Shown here: piece by piece, positions 16,472-27,137 of the stretch
Position numbering within the stretch: the stretch's first letter is position 1
How the letters are laid out: each line of letters begins with the position of its first letter
Program-made: the position numbers and the translations under genes
The notes under the pieces: generated by a model
The model's database searches: none
Told to the model about the DNA's origin: nothing
The model's input: only the letters and a program-made list of their open reading frames with translations
Source of the DNA: a virus
IMG/VR virus record: IMGVR_UViG_3300025141_012314
Span: 1-64,000 of that record
Length of the DNA stretch: 64,000 nucleotides
Direction: 5' to 3' (one strand)

Positions 16472-17245
16472 GTGCCGCACATAAGTTATAGTGAGTTAAA
16501 AGATTGGGCGTTTTGCGCCTTTTACCATAAATTAACAAGAGTAGATAAGATAGATGGTTTCAAGGGAAATGCCTACACTGCTTTTGGTTCCGCTATTCAT
16601 GATGTATGTGAGAAGAAGCTTCTAAAAGAGAGTTTTAACGAAGAAGAGCACTTTGTTAAAGCGTTTGAGGAAAATATCGCCAAACTACCAGATGATGTTG
16701 AGGTGGACCCTAAGATGACCTCCGACATGCACCATCAAGGCAAAGCAATTTTGCCTGAGATTGAAGATGCTCTGAGTGATTATTTCGGCGAATACGAAGT
16801 GTTGGCAACGGAGCTTGCGCTTTATGAGTCTATAAAAGACGAAGAAAAATACAATTTTAAGGGATACATCGATGCTATCGTCGCGACACCTGATGGAAAA
16901 GTGCACATCTTTGATTGGAAGACCTGTTCTTGGGGTTGGAACTCTCGCCGTAAAAGCGAAAAAATGACAACTTATCAACTAACCCTTTATAAGCACTTCT
17001 TCGCACAAAAGACAGACACAGATCCAAAACATATTGAAACACACTTTGCTCTACTCAAAAGAACAGCTAAAAACAATAGAGTTGAATTCTTTCGAGTAAC
17101 AAGTGGTCCAAAGAAAACTGAAAACGCTTTAAAGGTTTTAAGAACCGCGCTTTGGAACATCAAGAAAGGACGAACTATCAAGAATAAGGCGTCCTGTACA
17201 TCCGGCTTCGGATGCAAATTTTATAACACAGAACACTGTAAGTGA
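16472..17245 (+). CDS. PD-(D/E)XK exonuclease, Cas4/RecB-like with Fe-S-type cysteines
   Basis: ISYS, one N-terminal Cys, GSAIH, GYID...DWKT, QLTLY, three C-terminal Cys. Confidence 0.85.
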   Translation: MPHISYSELKDWAFCAFYHKLTRVDKIDGFKGNAYTAFGSAIHDVCEKKLLKESFNEEEHFVKAFEENIAKLPDDVEVDPKMTSDMHHQGKAILPEIEDALSDYFGEYEVLATELALYESIKDEEKYNFKGYIDAIVATPDGKVHIFDWKTCSWGWNSRRKSEKMTTYQLTLYKHFFAQKTDTDPKHIETHFALLKRTAKNNRVEFFRVTSGPKKTENALKVLRTALWNIKKGRTIKNKASCTSGFGCKFYNTEHCK

Positions 17246-17255
17246 GGATAATTTA

Positions 17256-18539
17256 ATGAAGAAAAAGAAAGTTTTGGTGCTCTCCGATCACCCGCTTTCG
17301 CCATCTGGGGTTGGAACCCAAACCCGGTATATGATCGAGGCGCTCCTTAAAACAGGGCGCTATCAATTTGTTTGTTTAGGCGGAGCAGTAAAACACAGAG
17401 AATACCAGATGCAAAAGGTTGATCCCTATGGGGAAGACTGGCGAATATTCCCTGTCGATGGATATGGAAACCCCGAAATCATACGCTCGATACTCCAGAA
17501 AGAAAGACCGGATGTATTGTGGTTTATGACAGATCCTCGTTTTTATACGTGGCTGTGGGAAATCGAGAACGAAGTGAGAATCAACGTCCCAATGGTTTAT
17601 TATCATGTATGGGATAACAACCCGGCACCGTTCTATAATGCAAACTACTACAAATCTAATGATAAGGTAGTTTGTATATCAAAGGTTACAAAGGGTATTC
17701 TGGATACAGTTGCTCCAGACGTAGACAGCGAGTATCTTCCACATGCGGTAGACTCGGAGTCTTTCTATAAGTTCAAAACAGATGAAGATCTTGCAAGAAC
17801 CGCTGTTATTCGTGAACGCGTCGTTGGAGCCTCAACAGAGTTCGCCAACCCGGAGAAGAAAATCTTTTTCTGGAATAATAGAAATGCACGTAGAAAACAG
17901 TCTGGAACACTTATTTGGTGGTTTAAAGAGTTCTTAGATGAAGTGGGTCATGACAAAGCTACTCTGCTTATGCATACTGATGCGCGAGATCCTCACGGAC
18001 AAGACTTGCCTCATATCTTGAACCACCTTAATATAACAGACGGACAGGTTTTGCTTTCAACTGATAAGGTTTCTCCACAAGATCTCGCAGCAATGTACAA
18101 CGCTGCGCATTTTACCATTAATATCTCAGATGCAGAAGGATTTGGACTAGGAACGTTAGAGTCTTTAGCATGCGGAACTCCTATTATTGTTAATATGACA
18201 GGAGGCTTGCAAGAGCAGGTTACCGATGGAAAGAACTGGTTTGGCTACGGTTTAGAACCTTCCTCGAAGGCGATTATTGGTTCCCTACAAGTGCCATATA
18301 TCTACGAGGATCGTATCACCCAGAAAGCTTTCACCAACACCCTCAAAAAGGCTCTGAACATCGCACCAAAGACTTACAAGAAGATGTCGATACAAGGTAG
18401 AGAACATGTTCGTGCAAACTATAACTTTGACGATTATGAGAAAAACTGGGTTAAGATTATGGATGATGTTGTTGAAACATACGGATCATGGGAAGAGAGA
18501 AAACAATATAAACGCTGGCATTTATTGGAGGTAGCGTAA
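17256..18539 (+). CDS. GT-B (GT4-like) glycosyltransferase
   Basis: NRNARRK, EGFGLGTLESLACGTPII. Confidence 0.9.
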   Translation: MKKKKVLVLSDHPLSPSGVGTQTRYMIEALLKTGRYQFVCLGGAVKHREYQMQKVDPYGEDWRIFPVDGYGNPEIIRSILQKERPDVLWFMTDPRFYTWLWEIENEVRINVPMVYYHVWDNNPAPFYNANYYKSNDKVVCISKVTKGILDTVAPDVDSEYLPHAVDSESFYKFKTDEDLARTAVIRERVVGASTEFANPEKKIFFWNNRNARRKQSGTLIWWFKEFLDEVGHDKATLLMHTDARDPHGQDLPHILNHLNITDGQVLLSTDKVSPQDLAAMYNAAHFTINISDAEGFGLGTLESLACGTPIIVNMTGGLQEQVTDGKNWFGYGLEPSSKAIIGSLQVPYIYEDRITQKAFTNTLKKALNIAPKTYKKMSIQGREHVRANYNFDDYEKNWVKIMDDVVETYGSWEERKQYKRWHLLEVA

Positions 18540-19801
18540 TGAAAAAGAAAGTATTCTTTAGAGGACCCCTTCTAACAAGATCGGGATACGGAGAACAGGC
18601 TAGATTCGCAATGCGGGCATTAGCTTCCCGACCAGATCTTTTCGATATTTATATTCAGCCTTTAGAATGGGGGAAAACCTCGTGGACCAATGAGGATACC
18701 CCTGAGAGGGCTTGGATTGATAGAACCATAGAAAAGACCCTGCAATACATCCAGCAAAACGGACAGTTTGATATATCGTTCCAAGTTACAATTCCAAATG
18801 AATGGGACAAGCCAGCACCGATTAATATTGGATACACAGCCGGGATTGAGACTACGAAAACATCACATCAATGGATCCAAAAGGGCAATGAGATGACTGG
18901 TATTATTGTAGTTTCCAACCATGCGAAAAATACTTTTTTAGCTACGGACTACCAACTGTCCAATCAACAAACAAACCAAACAATGATTCTCAAGTTAGAA
19001 ACTCCAATTGAGACAGTTAACTACCCAGCAAAGAAGTTCCAGGAACTTCCAGATGTTGATTTAGACTTAGAATACGAACACAATTTCCTAGTAGCAGCCC
19101 AATTGGGCCCTCGCAAAAACGTGCCAAACACTATTAAATGGTTTGTTGAAGAGTTTCGAGACGAAGAAATAGGGCTTGTTGTAAAGTGTTACGCTGCAAA
19201 GAACTGTCTGCTCGACCGCGAGATGACAATGCAAAATCTTAGACAGCTAGTCTCCCAATTGGGAGAAAAGAAGTGTAAAGTATATCTTCTGCACGGTGAC
19301 ATGTCCGACGAAGAAATGCATTCCCTCCAAACACATCCTAAGATTTCCGCATTCTTATCCCTAGCTCATGGCGAGGGCTTTGGTTTACCGATTTTTGAAG
19401 CAGCCTATTCTGGTACCCCTGTCATTGCAACCGGTTGGTCTGGTCAGCTGGACTTTCTTGTTGACGAAGAGGGCAAATCAAACTTTTACAACGTAAATTT
19501 CGATCTCAACCAAGTACAGCCAGCAGTTGTTTGGGATGGTGTCTTAATCGCCGACTCAATGTGGGCTTATCCTCGCGAACAGTCTGCAAAGAAGTGTATG
19601 CGCGACTGTTATAATGATATTATAAATCAAACAGAAGGAAGTGTTGCAACATCTGCCGACACCTTTGCTGAGTCCGTGCAGGAGAGATTTTCGCAGGAAA
19701 AACAATATAAAGCCATGGTGGACGCCGTTCTCAAGTTCTCTGGGAGCCCAGAAGAAGAACAATGGAGAGATGTGTTGGACCAAGTGGTAGAGTATGATTA
19801 G
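18539..19801 (+). CDS. GT-B (GT4-like) glycosyltransferase
   Basis: SGYG, RKN, HGEGFGLPIFEAAYSGTPVI. Confidence 0.9.
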   Translation: MKKKVFFRGPLLTRSGYGEQARFAMRALASRPDLFDIYIQPLEWGKTSWTNEDTPERAWIDRTIEKTLQYIQQNGQFDISFQVTIPNEWDKPAPINIGYTAGIETTKTSHQWIQKGNEMTGIIVVSNHAKNTFLATDYQLSNQQTNQTMILKLETPIETVNYPAKKFQELPDVDLDLEYEHNFLVAAQLGPRKNVPNTIKWFVEEFRDEEIGLVVKCYAAKNCLLDREMTMQNLRQLVSQLGEKKCKVYLLHGDMSDEEMHSLQTHPKISAFLSLAHGEGFGLPIFEAAYSGTPVIATGWSGQLDFLVDEEGKSNFYNVNFDLNQVQPAVVWDGVLIADSMWAYPREQSAKKCMRDCYNDIINQTEGSVATSADTFAESVQERFSQEKQYKAMVDAVLKFSGSPEEEQWRDVLDQVVEYD

Positions 19802-21461
19802 CAAAGAAGTAATCTTTATATCCGACTTCTTTATCAATGAGGTAATGGGTGGCGCTGAGTTTTGTAATGATGCTCTGATGAAACTTTTAAGTCCGGATGT
19901 AAAGATTGATAGTTTAAAGTCTGACCGTGCAACTGTTCAACTTGTTGAGAATAATCTTGATAAGTTCTTCATTGTCGCGAACTTCTTTCAACTTGCTGAG
20001 AATGTAAAAGTAGCTTTAGCAAAAACAACATATGTTATTTTAGAGCACGATCACAAATATGTCCGCTCAAATAATCCTTCCTTATACAAAGATTTTCTTG
20101 CGCCAGAAAGACAAATACAAAATAAGGCATTTTATAAGAATGCGTTAGCGGTACTGTGCCAGTCTAGGAAGCATGCCGGAGTCGTCCAACGCAACCTCCT
20201 AATAAACAATATTGTAAATTTAGGCGGCAACATATGGAATGAGGAACAACTCGCCACTTTAGAGAATAATATGGGCGCGAAGAAAATAATTAAGTATGGA
20301 GTTCTCCAGTCCAATAACCGCAACAAAGGCATGCCCGCAGCGATCGCATATTGTCAGAGAAAAGGATTAGACTTTAAGCTAATTCAAGGCAAGCCATTTC
20401 CTGAGTTTATTAGAGATATCTCCCAAGTGGAAACATTAGTATTCTTTCCGCAATGGTTAGAGACATATAATCGTTTTTCTATTGAATCAAGGATCCTGGG
20501 CTGTAAACTTATAACAAACAGCCTGATAGGCGCCACCAGCGAAGACTACTTTAAGCTGAAGGGCAACGAACTTTTAGATTTTATAAGACAAAACAATCAG
20601 AATCTTCGTCAGCGCTGGATTAAACTAATCAACAATAGTGAAATAAAATACTTCCCGCCCTTAGACCTGCCAAAGATTACGGTATTCTGTCCCCTATATG
20701 CCGGCGAACAATATATTGAAGGCTTTCTGAAGTCTATGCAAGAACAGACAATCTTTGATCAGTGCGAACTGATCATTATTGATGCCAACTCTCCCGAAAA
20801 CGAGAGTCAATACATCGAAGAGTTTATGAAAGAGCATGAAAATGTAATTTACAAGCGATTAGATCATAGGGCGTCAGTAATGGAAACTGAAAATATGGCA
20901 ATCCACATGGCAACGGGTGAGTTCTTTGCTCAAGCATGCGTTGATGACAGACATCATAGAGAATATCTTGAGATTATGGCAAAACATCTCCACTATCACG
21001 AGGATATAGATCTTGTTTATACAGACTGTCTACAGACTACAAAGCCAAATGAGACCGTAGAGACAAACTCTTCGTCTGGAGCCTATTACGAGCATTCGCG
21101 TAATGAGTTTTCTCCGGAGAACATGATCAAGTGTTTGCCGGGACCAATGCCTATGTGGAAGCTGAGTGTGCACGAAAAATGTGGATATTTTGATGAAGGT
21201 TTATCGTATGCTGGAGATTGGGACATTTTTCTAAGAATGGTAGCGTCAGGTTCTAAATTTAAGAAAATTGATATTCCGTTAGGGTTATATTACTTTAATT
21301 CTGAGGGATTATCAACCTCAACAGAAAATCAAATCCCTAGGGGAAAAGAAGAGGCGGAAGTCTTCTTTAAGCATAAAAACGTATTCGGTGAAGCGAACTA
21401 CAATAAATATAAAAATTACTTCTCACAATTTATAAGGAATGAAAATGAGTCAACAACGTAA
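19794..21461 (+). CDS. Bifunctional glycosyltransferase: GT-B-like N-half + GT2 C-half
   Basis: GGAE...ETYNR..IES..LGC (GT-B); ELIIIDANS, VDD, GYFDE.L.YAGDWD (GT2). Confidence 0.8.
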   Translation: MISKEVIFISDFFINEVMGGAEFCNDALMKLLSPDVKIDSLKSDRATVQLVENNLDKFFIVANFFQLAENVKVALAKTTYVILEHDHKYVRSNNPSLYKDFLAPERQIQNKAFYKNALAVLCQSRKHAGVVQRNLLINNIVNLGGNIWNEEQLATLENNMGAKKIIKYGVLQSNNRNKGMPAAIAYCQRKGLDFKLIQGKPFPEFIRDISQVETLVFFPQWLETYNRFSIESRILGCKLITNSLIGATSEDYFKLKGNELLDFIRQNNQNLRQRWIKLINNSEIKYFPPLDLPKITVFCPLYAGEQYIEGFLKSMQEQTIFDQCELIIIDANSPENESQYIEEFMKEHENVIYKRLDHRASVMETENMAIHMATGEFFAQACVDDRHHREYLEIMAKHLHYHEDIDLVYTDCLQTTKPNETVETNSSSGAYYEHSRNEFSPENMIKCLPGPMPMWKLSVHEKCGYFDEGLSYAGDWDIFLRMVASGSKFKKIDIPLGLYYFNSEGLSTSTENQIPRGKEEAEVFFKHKNVFGEANYNKYKNYFSQFIRNENESTT

Positions 21462-21858
21462 ATACCTTCCTACACTCTCCGAATTGATCGATCGCCTGTC
21501 GATTGCACAACTCAAAGAAGTGTTTATCCCCGAACACAAAGCTGAATATGCCCAGGAAATCTCAGATATCTGCCATGATATCCAGTTGATTCTCGATTCT
21601 AGTTCCGGCAAAATGAACGCGGAAACTGTAAGAGCGATAATTGTCCTCTCTCAGATGAACTTGCACATTTGGCACAATGAGTCTCAAGTTAGAGCCGGCT
21701 CAGGTTCTGGCAATCTAGCGCTAACTCACGGACTCAACGGTCTTCGGAATGTGGCAAAAAACAGGATTCAAGAGATTAACGGCGGCAGAAAAGATTATAA
21801 GATTGATTGTTTAGCAGCCGACTTTAAAGATTGGGAAATCAGCTGGGATAATGACTGA
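21445..21858 (+). CDS. Helical hypothetical protein (DUF4254-like)
   Basis: SELIDRLSI.QLK, N..IWH.E..VR, LN..RN..K..I pattern. Confidence 0.6.
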   Translation: MSQQRKYLPTLSELIDRLSIAQLKEVFIPEHKAEYAQEISDICHDIQLILDSSSGKMNAETVRAIIVLSQMNLHIWHNESQVRAGSGSGNLALTHGLNGLRNVAKNRIQEINGGRKDYKIDCLAADFKDWEISWDND

Positions 21859-22942
21859 GGTTTATGACTTTGATGTTGTCATTATTGGAGCCGGACTTGT
21901 AGGATTAGCTGTAGCTAGAGAATTATCCTCGGTATATGATAATATCATATTAGTTGAAAAAGAGTCAAGTTTCGGACAGCACGTTTCGAGTCATAATAGC
22001 GAAGTTATCCACTCCGGCATATATTATCCCAAGGGCGCCCTTAAAACTAAACTATGTGTTGAGGGCAATAAACTGCTTTATAAATTTGCACAAAAATATG
22101 ATATACCGCATAAGAAATGTGGAAAATTGATTGTGGCTACCTGCCCAGAAGAAGAACCTATTCTTGATCAACTTTATGAGCAGGGGAAGAAAAACGCGGT
22201 AGTAGGTATGTCAATGATTGGCAAATCAGAGATCGCCAAAATAGAGCCAGCCGTTAAAGCAACAAAGGCACTCCACGTAGAATCTACAGGAATAATAGAC
22301 AGCCATTCAGTTATGCAGCAGCTTGAGGCGTCAGCCTTAAATGCGGGGGTGGTCACTCTGTATAATACTGAAATAACATCGATTGATAAAAAAAATAACA
22401 TTTATAAGTTGACAACTGATACAAATAATGATATTATACAAACAAGAATAGTAATTAACGCTGCAGGGCTCTGGAGCGACACTATTGCGGCAATGGTGGG
22501 AATAAATGATTATAAGATCCATTGGTGTAAAGGCGAGTATTATAAAACCAATAAACACAGGAATATGAAAAAGCTGATTTATCCGGTACCGGATCCTCAA
22601 GGCAAGTATTTGGGAATTCATACGGTACTAGATTTAAATGGCGGACTTCTTTTCGGACCAAATGCATATTATGTAGACAATCTCTCTTATGATATGAAAG
22701 AGAATAACAAGCCCCAGTTTTATGAGGCGATTAATCGATATTTAGATATCGGTTGGTGCGAGATAGAACCAGCGTTAACTGGCATAAGACCAAAACTTCA
22801 AGCTCCCGGCGAGAAATTTAGAGATTTTGTAATAGAAAATAACCAAAAACATGAGAATTTTATCAACATAGTAGGAATAGAATCACCGGGCTTGACAGCC
22901 TGTCTTGCTATTGCTAAACATACAAGGGGAATTATTAGATGA
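21851..22942 (+). CDS. FAD-dependent oxidoreductase, L-2-hydroxyglutarate oxidase-like
   Basis: GAGLVG, S.HNSEVIHSGIYY, KGEY, GIRPKL, SPGLTACLAIA. Confidence 0.85.
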   Translation: MTEVYDFDVVIIGAGLVGLAVARELSSVYDNIILVEKESSFGQHVSSHNSEVIHSGIYYPKGALKTKLCVEGNKLLYKFAQKYDIPHKKCGKLIVATCPEEEPILDQLYEQGKKNAVVGMSMIGKSEIAKIEPAVKATKALHVESTGIIDSHSVMQQLEASALNAGVVTLYNTEITSIDKKNNIYKLTTDTNNDIIQTRIVINAAGLWSDTIAAMVGINDYKIHWCKGEYYKTNKHRNMKKLIYPVPDPQGKYLGIHTVLDLNGGLLFGPNAYYVDNLSYDMKENNKPQFYEAINRYLDIGWCEIEPALTGIRPKLQAPGEKFRDFVIENNQKHENFINIVGIESPGLTACLAIAKHTRGIIR

Positions 22943-23877
22943 AAAAAGAACACGTATTAGTCACAGGAGGCGCCGGCTATATAGGCTCTGAACTGATCGA
23001 TTACTTACTCCACGCAGGATATACTGTAACAGCGCTCGATAACTTAATGTATGATCCGACGTCGTTGCTGCGCTATACCAACAATCCAGATTTTAGCTTC
23101 ATCAAGGGGGACGTTAGAAACGTTCTATTGATGGAACGCCTTATGGCAGAAGCAGACATTATTATACCTTTGGCGGCATTGGTTGGCTTTCCTTTGTGCG
23201 ATGAGGACCCCCGTGCTGCCCAAGAGATTAACCATGACGTTAATACTTGGATAGCAAAAAACAAAAAGCCAAATCAAAAGGTTATCTACCCCTGCACTAA
23301 CTCTGGCTACGGCGTTAGTGTCGATGGTTCTGTCTGTACAGAAGAATCACCCCTTAATCCTATTTCGCTTTACGGGCGAACTAAAGTGGCTGCAGAGAAG
23401 GAATATCAGGATGTTGATAACTGCGTAACATTTAGACTGGCTACTGTTTTTGGCCCGGGCTCACGCATGCGCTCTGACCTCCTTGTAAACAACTTTGTTC
23501 TTAAGACATTGCGCGAGAGAGTTTTGGTGTTGTATGAATGTGAGTTCATGCGCAACTATGTGCATCTTCATGATGTATGTCGCGGCTTTATGTTTGTGCT
23601 CCGTAACTGGGAAGATTGTAAAAATGAAACATATAATCTTGGAAATGACGAACTGAATATGAACAAGCTCCAGCTAGCCGAAAAGATTCAAGAGCATCTT
23701 CCTCTAGAGATAATCCGCGCAGAGATTAACAGCGATCCTGATACCCGCGACTACATTGTTAGTAGCGATAAGATTTATAATAAAGGCTACAAGTGCGCAT
23801 ATGATCTCGATGATGGAATCAGACAACTCATAACTGCATATGCTATTATAGAAAGCCCTTGGTACGCAAACTATTAA
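22939..23877 (+). CDS. NAD-dependent sugar epimerase/dehydratase (extended SDR)
   Basis: TGGAGYIG, YGRTK, RLATVFG. Confidence 0.9.
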   Translation: MKKEHVLVTGGAGYIGSELIDYLLHAGYTVTALDNLMYDPTSLLRYTNNPDFSFIKGDVRNVLLMERLMAEADIIIPLAALVGFPLCDEDPRAAQEINHDVNTWIAKNKKPNQKVIYPCTNSGYGVSVDGSVCTEESPLNPISLYGRTKVAAEKEYQDVDNCVTFRLATVFGPGSRMRSDLLVNNFVLKTLRERVLVLYECEFMRNYVHLHDVCRGFMFVLRNWEDCKNETYNLGNDELNMNKLQLAEKIQEHLPLEIIRAEINSDPDTRDYIVSSDKIYNKGYKCAYDLDDGIRQLITAYAIIESPWYANY

Positions 23878-23878
23878 T

Positions 23879-25387
23879 ATGAAACAGATAGATGTATTAT
23901 TCGTCCATCCCAATGGCGCCCAGATAATTTATCAAGAGCTGAGTAAAAACTATTCAGCGATTGAACCGCCTATATGGGCAGCCCTGCTGGCAAAAAATGC
24001 CCTCACAAAAGGATTTACTACAAACATTCTTGATTGTGAAGCAGAAAGAATAGACGCATCAGAATCAGCAACCCGGGTAAAAGAGCAGAATCCTCGTTTG
24101 GTGGCGATAGTGGTATATGGTCAACAGCCTTCAGCATCAACTCAGAATATGATTGGCGCACGAATGTTGATAGAACAACTGAACGCAATCGCTCCAGAAC
24201 TTAAGACGATCCTCATCGGATTACACCCCTCAGCCGTCGCTCGACACACGCTGGAAACCGAAGGCTCTGATTTTGTTTGCCAAGGTGAAGGTCCTTACAC
24301 TGTTCAAAAGCTCTTAGAAATCGATATGGACGATGCTGGCGCTCTAAGCACCGTCCCTGGGCTTTGGTACCGAGTTGATGGTAAGGCCCTTTGCACACGC
24401 CCTGCGCCGATTATACCGCAAGAGAAGCTCTCTACGGAGCTACCCGGGATGGCATGGGACTTGCTTCCGATGGATAAGTACCGCACATCTAACTGGCATG
24501 CAATGACAAATGGAGACGACCGTCAGCCGTTCGCTTCTTTGTATACAAGCTTAGGTTGTCCGTTCCGCTGTAGTTTTTGTTGTATTAACGCGCCATTCGG
24601 CAACAATAACTTGGAAAATTGGGACTACGGACGTAATAAGTTTAGATATTGGGAACCAGAATTTATGATTGAAGAGTTTGAAACTCTCCATAAAATGGGA
24701 ATCCGGAATATTAAACTAGCTGATGAAATGTTTGTCTTAAATCAAGACCATTTCATGAAGCTATGCAACTTGATTATTGAGAGAGGTTATGACTTTAACT
24801 TTTGGGCGTACGCTCGTGTAGATACAGTTAAAGAAGAATATCTTGAAACATTAAAGAAAGCCGGCGTTAACTGGCTAGCCTTGGGAATCGAATCGGGAAA
24901 CACTGAAGTTCGAAAGGATGTAACAAAGGGTAAGTTCACAGATGTAAAGATTCAGGATTTAGTAAAGAAGATCCAAGACGCTGGCATCGACGTCATCGGT
25001 AACTATATCTTTGGGCTCCCCGAGGATACTATCGAGACCATGCAAGATACACTGGACATGGCAATGGAACTCAACTGTGAGTTTGCAAACTTCTATTCAA
25101 CCATGGCTTACCCCGGCTCGAAGTTATATCTCGATGCATTGAGAGAAGGCTGGGAGCTTCCAGAAACATATGTGGGATTCTCACAACATTCATACGAGAC
25201 GCACCCGCTGTCAACTAAACATATATCAGCAGCCGAAGTGTTAGGCTTCAGAGACGAAGCGTTTACAAAATACTACACCAGCGATAGATATTTGGACATG
25301 ATTGAGGAAAAGCGAGGAAAAGCCACGCGCCAGTCTATTGAAGATATGACAAAAATAAAACTTAAAAGAAAACTATTGGGAGATTGA
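23879..25387 (+). CDS. Cobalamin-binding radical SAM enzyme (class B methyltransferase-like)
   Basis: N-terminal B12-binding-like domain; CPFRCSFC; LGIESG; FGLPED. Confidence 0.85.
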   Translation: MKQIDVLFVHPNGAQIIYQELSKNYSAIEPPIWAALLAKNALTKGFTTNILDCEAERIDASESATRVKEQNPRLVAIVVYGQQPSASTQNMIGARMLIEQLNAIAPELKTILIGLHPSAVARHTLETEGSDFVCQGEGPYTVQKLLEIDMDDAGALSTVPGLWYRVDGKALCTRPAPIIPQEKLSTELPGMAWDLLPMDKYRTSNWHAMTNGDDRQPFASLYTSLGCPFRCSFCCINAPFGNNNLENWDYGRNKFRYWEPEFMIEEFETLHKMGIRNIKLADEMFVLNQDHFMKLCNLIIERGYDFNFWAYARVDTVKEEYLETLKKAGVNWLALGIESGNTEVRKDVTKGKFTDVKIQDLVKKIQDAGIDVIGNYIFGLPEDTIETMQDTLDMAMELNCEFANFYSTMAYPGSKLYLDALREGWELPETYVGFSQHSYETHPLSTKHISAAEVLGFRDEAFTKYYTSDRYLDMIEEKRGKATRQSIEDMTKIKLKRKLLGD

Positions 25388-25388
25388 T

Positions 25389-26000
25389 ATGTTAACGAAA
25401 GAAGATTTGATTGATTTTGAGAACGACATTGCAGCCTGTTTTGATGACGCACAAATCCGCGCACCCGTTCACTTATATAACGGTAATGAAGAGCAAATGT
25501 TGGAGATATTTCGAAAGCATGATATTGGCGATGATGATTGGGTCTTCGGATCTTGGCGAAGCCATTATCAGTGTCTTCTCAAAGGTGTTCCTCCCGAAAA
25601 GCTCAAAGCAGCTATTCTTAAGGGGCGCTCTATTTCATTGTGCTTTGCTGAGCAAAAGGTTCTATGCTCGGGGATCGTAACTGGTGTTCTTCCGATTGCA
25701 GTAGGGGCAGCGCTAGACATTAAAAGGAGAAACCTCCCGGGAAAAGTATATTGTTTTATGGGAGATATGACATCCGAGACTGCGATCGCGCATGTAAGTA
25801 TAAAATATGCCAGAAATCACAAACTCCCTATTCACTTTATCGTTGAAGATAATGGCAAATCAGTTTGTACTGATACTAAATCCACGTGGGGAACTGAGAA
25901 GTTAACCTATGAAGATGTCAACGACGAGTACATAACATATTATAGCTACGACGCAAGTAAGTGGCCACACGCTGGAGCCGGCAAGAGAGTGCAGTTTTGA
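25389..26000 (+). CDS. TPP-dependent dehydrogenase E1 alpha-like subunit (short)
   Basis: PVHL..G.E, WRSH, GDM...EDN TPP-binding motif. Confidence 0.85.
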   Translation: MLTKEDLIDFENDIAACFDDAQIRAPVHLYNGNEEQMLEIFRKHDIGDDDWVFGSWRSHYQCLLKGVPPEKLKAAILKGRSISLCFAEQKVLCSGIVTGVLPIAVGAALDIKRRNLPGKVYCFMGDMTSETAIAHVSIKYARNHKLPIHFIVEDNGKSVCTDTKSTWGTEKLTYEDVNDEYITYYSYDASKWPHAGAGKRVQF

Positions 26001-26605
26001 TCAAAGATGACGTAATCATTTATTCACACCCTAGGAGTGGGTTACATCTACTTTCATTAGGGTTGTATATAATGGGTGAACATTTTAATGATAAGCATAC
26101 ATATGCGGAAATATGGGGTAGCGATAAGCTACCTTCATATAGGCACTGGTTTGAACTTCTTGATCCCGGAAAAGCCGATTTACAGTTTAAGAAGCATATT
26201 TTATTACTAAGAGATTATAAGGTACTTTTTGGAACTACCAACGCAAAAGGAGATACCAGTCCAACAACGGGACTCAACCTTGACGGCTATGCGCAACAAA
26301 TACATAAGTTTGAGCAACTAAAGTCTCCAAAAATGGTTGTATACTACGAAGATTTAATATCTGACAACAATACTTTTATAAAAGTAGCAGATTTTTTAGA
26401 TATTAAATATGATTTAAAGAAAATCGATTTTGAGCATTTAAAGAAATATGCTCATGATTTATATTTGGACTCGGGACACAAGCCATCGGTCAAACAAGAA
26501 GTTCCAGCACCCCGAAAATTGTATCACGTAATGCAATTTTTGCTAAAAAACCAACAAGAACACGATTTGTTTGACAAATATCTAAGGAGATATAACAATG
26601 GGTAA
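25997..26605 (+). CDS. Sulfotransferase-like protein
   Basis: IYSHPRSG (5'-PSB-like), LLLRD, VVYYEDL; TTG start overlaps the upstream TGA. Confidence 0.55.
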   Translation: MIKDDVIIYSHPRSGLHLLSLGLYIMGEHFNDKHTYAEIWGSDKLPSYRHWFELLDPGKADLQFKKHILLLRDYKVLFGTTNAKGDTSPTTGLNLDGYAQQIHKFEQLKSPKMVVYYEDLISDNNTFIKVADFLDIKYDLKKIDFEHLKKYAHDLYLDSGHKPSVKQEVPAPRKLYHVMQFLLKNQQEHDLFDKYLRRYNNG

Positions 26606-27137
26606 ATATTTTGATGAACTGCAACGAGCAATGACTTATCTCGGAGAGCAAGAAGATACGGTATTTCTAGGACAAGCAGTAGCTTATGCCGGCACTGCAA
26701 TGACAAATACTCTTAAGGGTGTAGACAGAGATAAACTAATTGAAATGCCAGTCGATGAAGAAATGCAGATGGGAATCACCAATGGACTCGCAGTCAACGG
26801 TTCAGTCCCAGTTAGCATCTATCCGCGCTGGAACTTTCTTCTCTGCGCCATGAATCAACTGGTTAATCACTTGGATCGCATGCCAGCTTTTTCACACGGC
26901 GAATATACGCCCAAGGCGATTATAAGGGTGGGCATCGGATCAGAAAGGCCGCTAAACCCTCAAGTACAACATACAGGTGACTTTACACAGTCGATTCGAG
27001 GTATGTTAAGAAACATTGAAGTTATCCGCTGCGAAGAACCAGAAGATGTGTTCCCAGCGTATTATAAGGCATATCACAGAACTGATGGCAAATGCACGAT
27101 TGTGGTAGAATATGGTGATTATTATGGCGAAAAGTGA
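26598..27137 (+). CDS. TPP-dependent E1 beta/transketolase pyrimidine-binding subunit (no C-terminal domain)
   Basis: FLGQ.V, EMPV.EE.Q.G...GLA, NQLVNH, PQVQH. Confidence 0.85.
   Translation: MGKYFDELQRAMTYLGEQEDTVFLGQAVAYAGTAMTNTLKGVDRDKLIEMPVDEEMQMGITNGLAVNGSVPVSIYPRWNFLLCAMNQLVNHLDRMPAFSHGEYTPKAIIRVGIGSERPLNPQVQHTGDFTQSIRGMLRNIEVIRCEEPEDVFPAYYKAYHRTDGKCTIVVEYGDYYGEK

Noticed and set aside
16472-17245. Cas4-like nuclease as evidence of a CRISPR-Cas system
   Set aside because: No repeat-spacer array or other cas genes are visible; solo Cas4-like exonucleases are common in phages.
25389-27137. Pyruvate dehydrogenase as an auxiliary metabolic gene
   Set aside because: Subunits are truncated, no E2/E3 is present, and the context is sugar biosynthesis.
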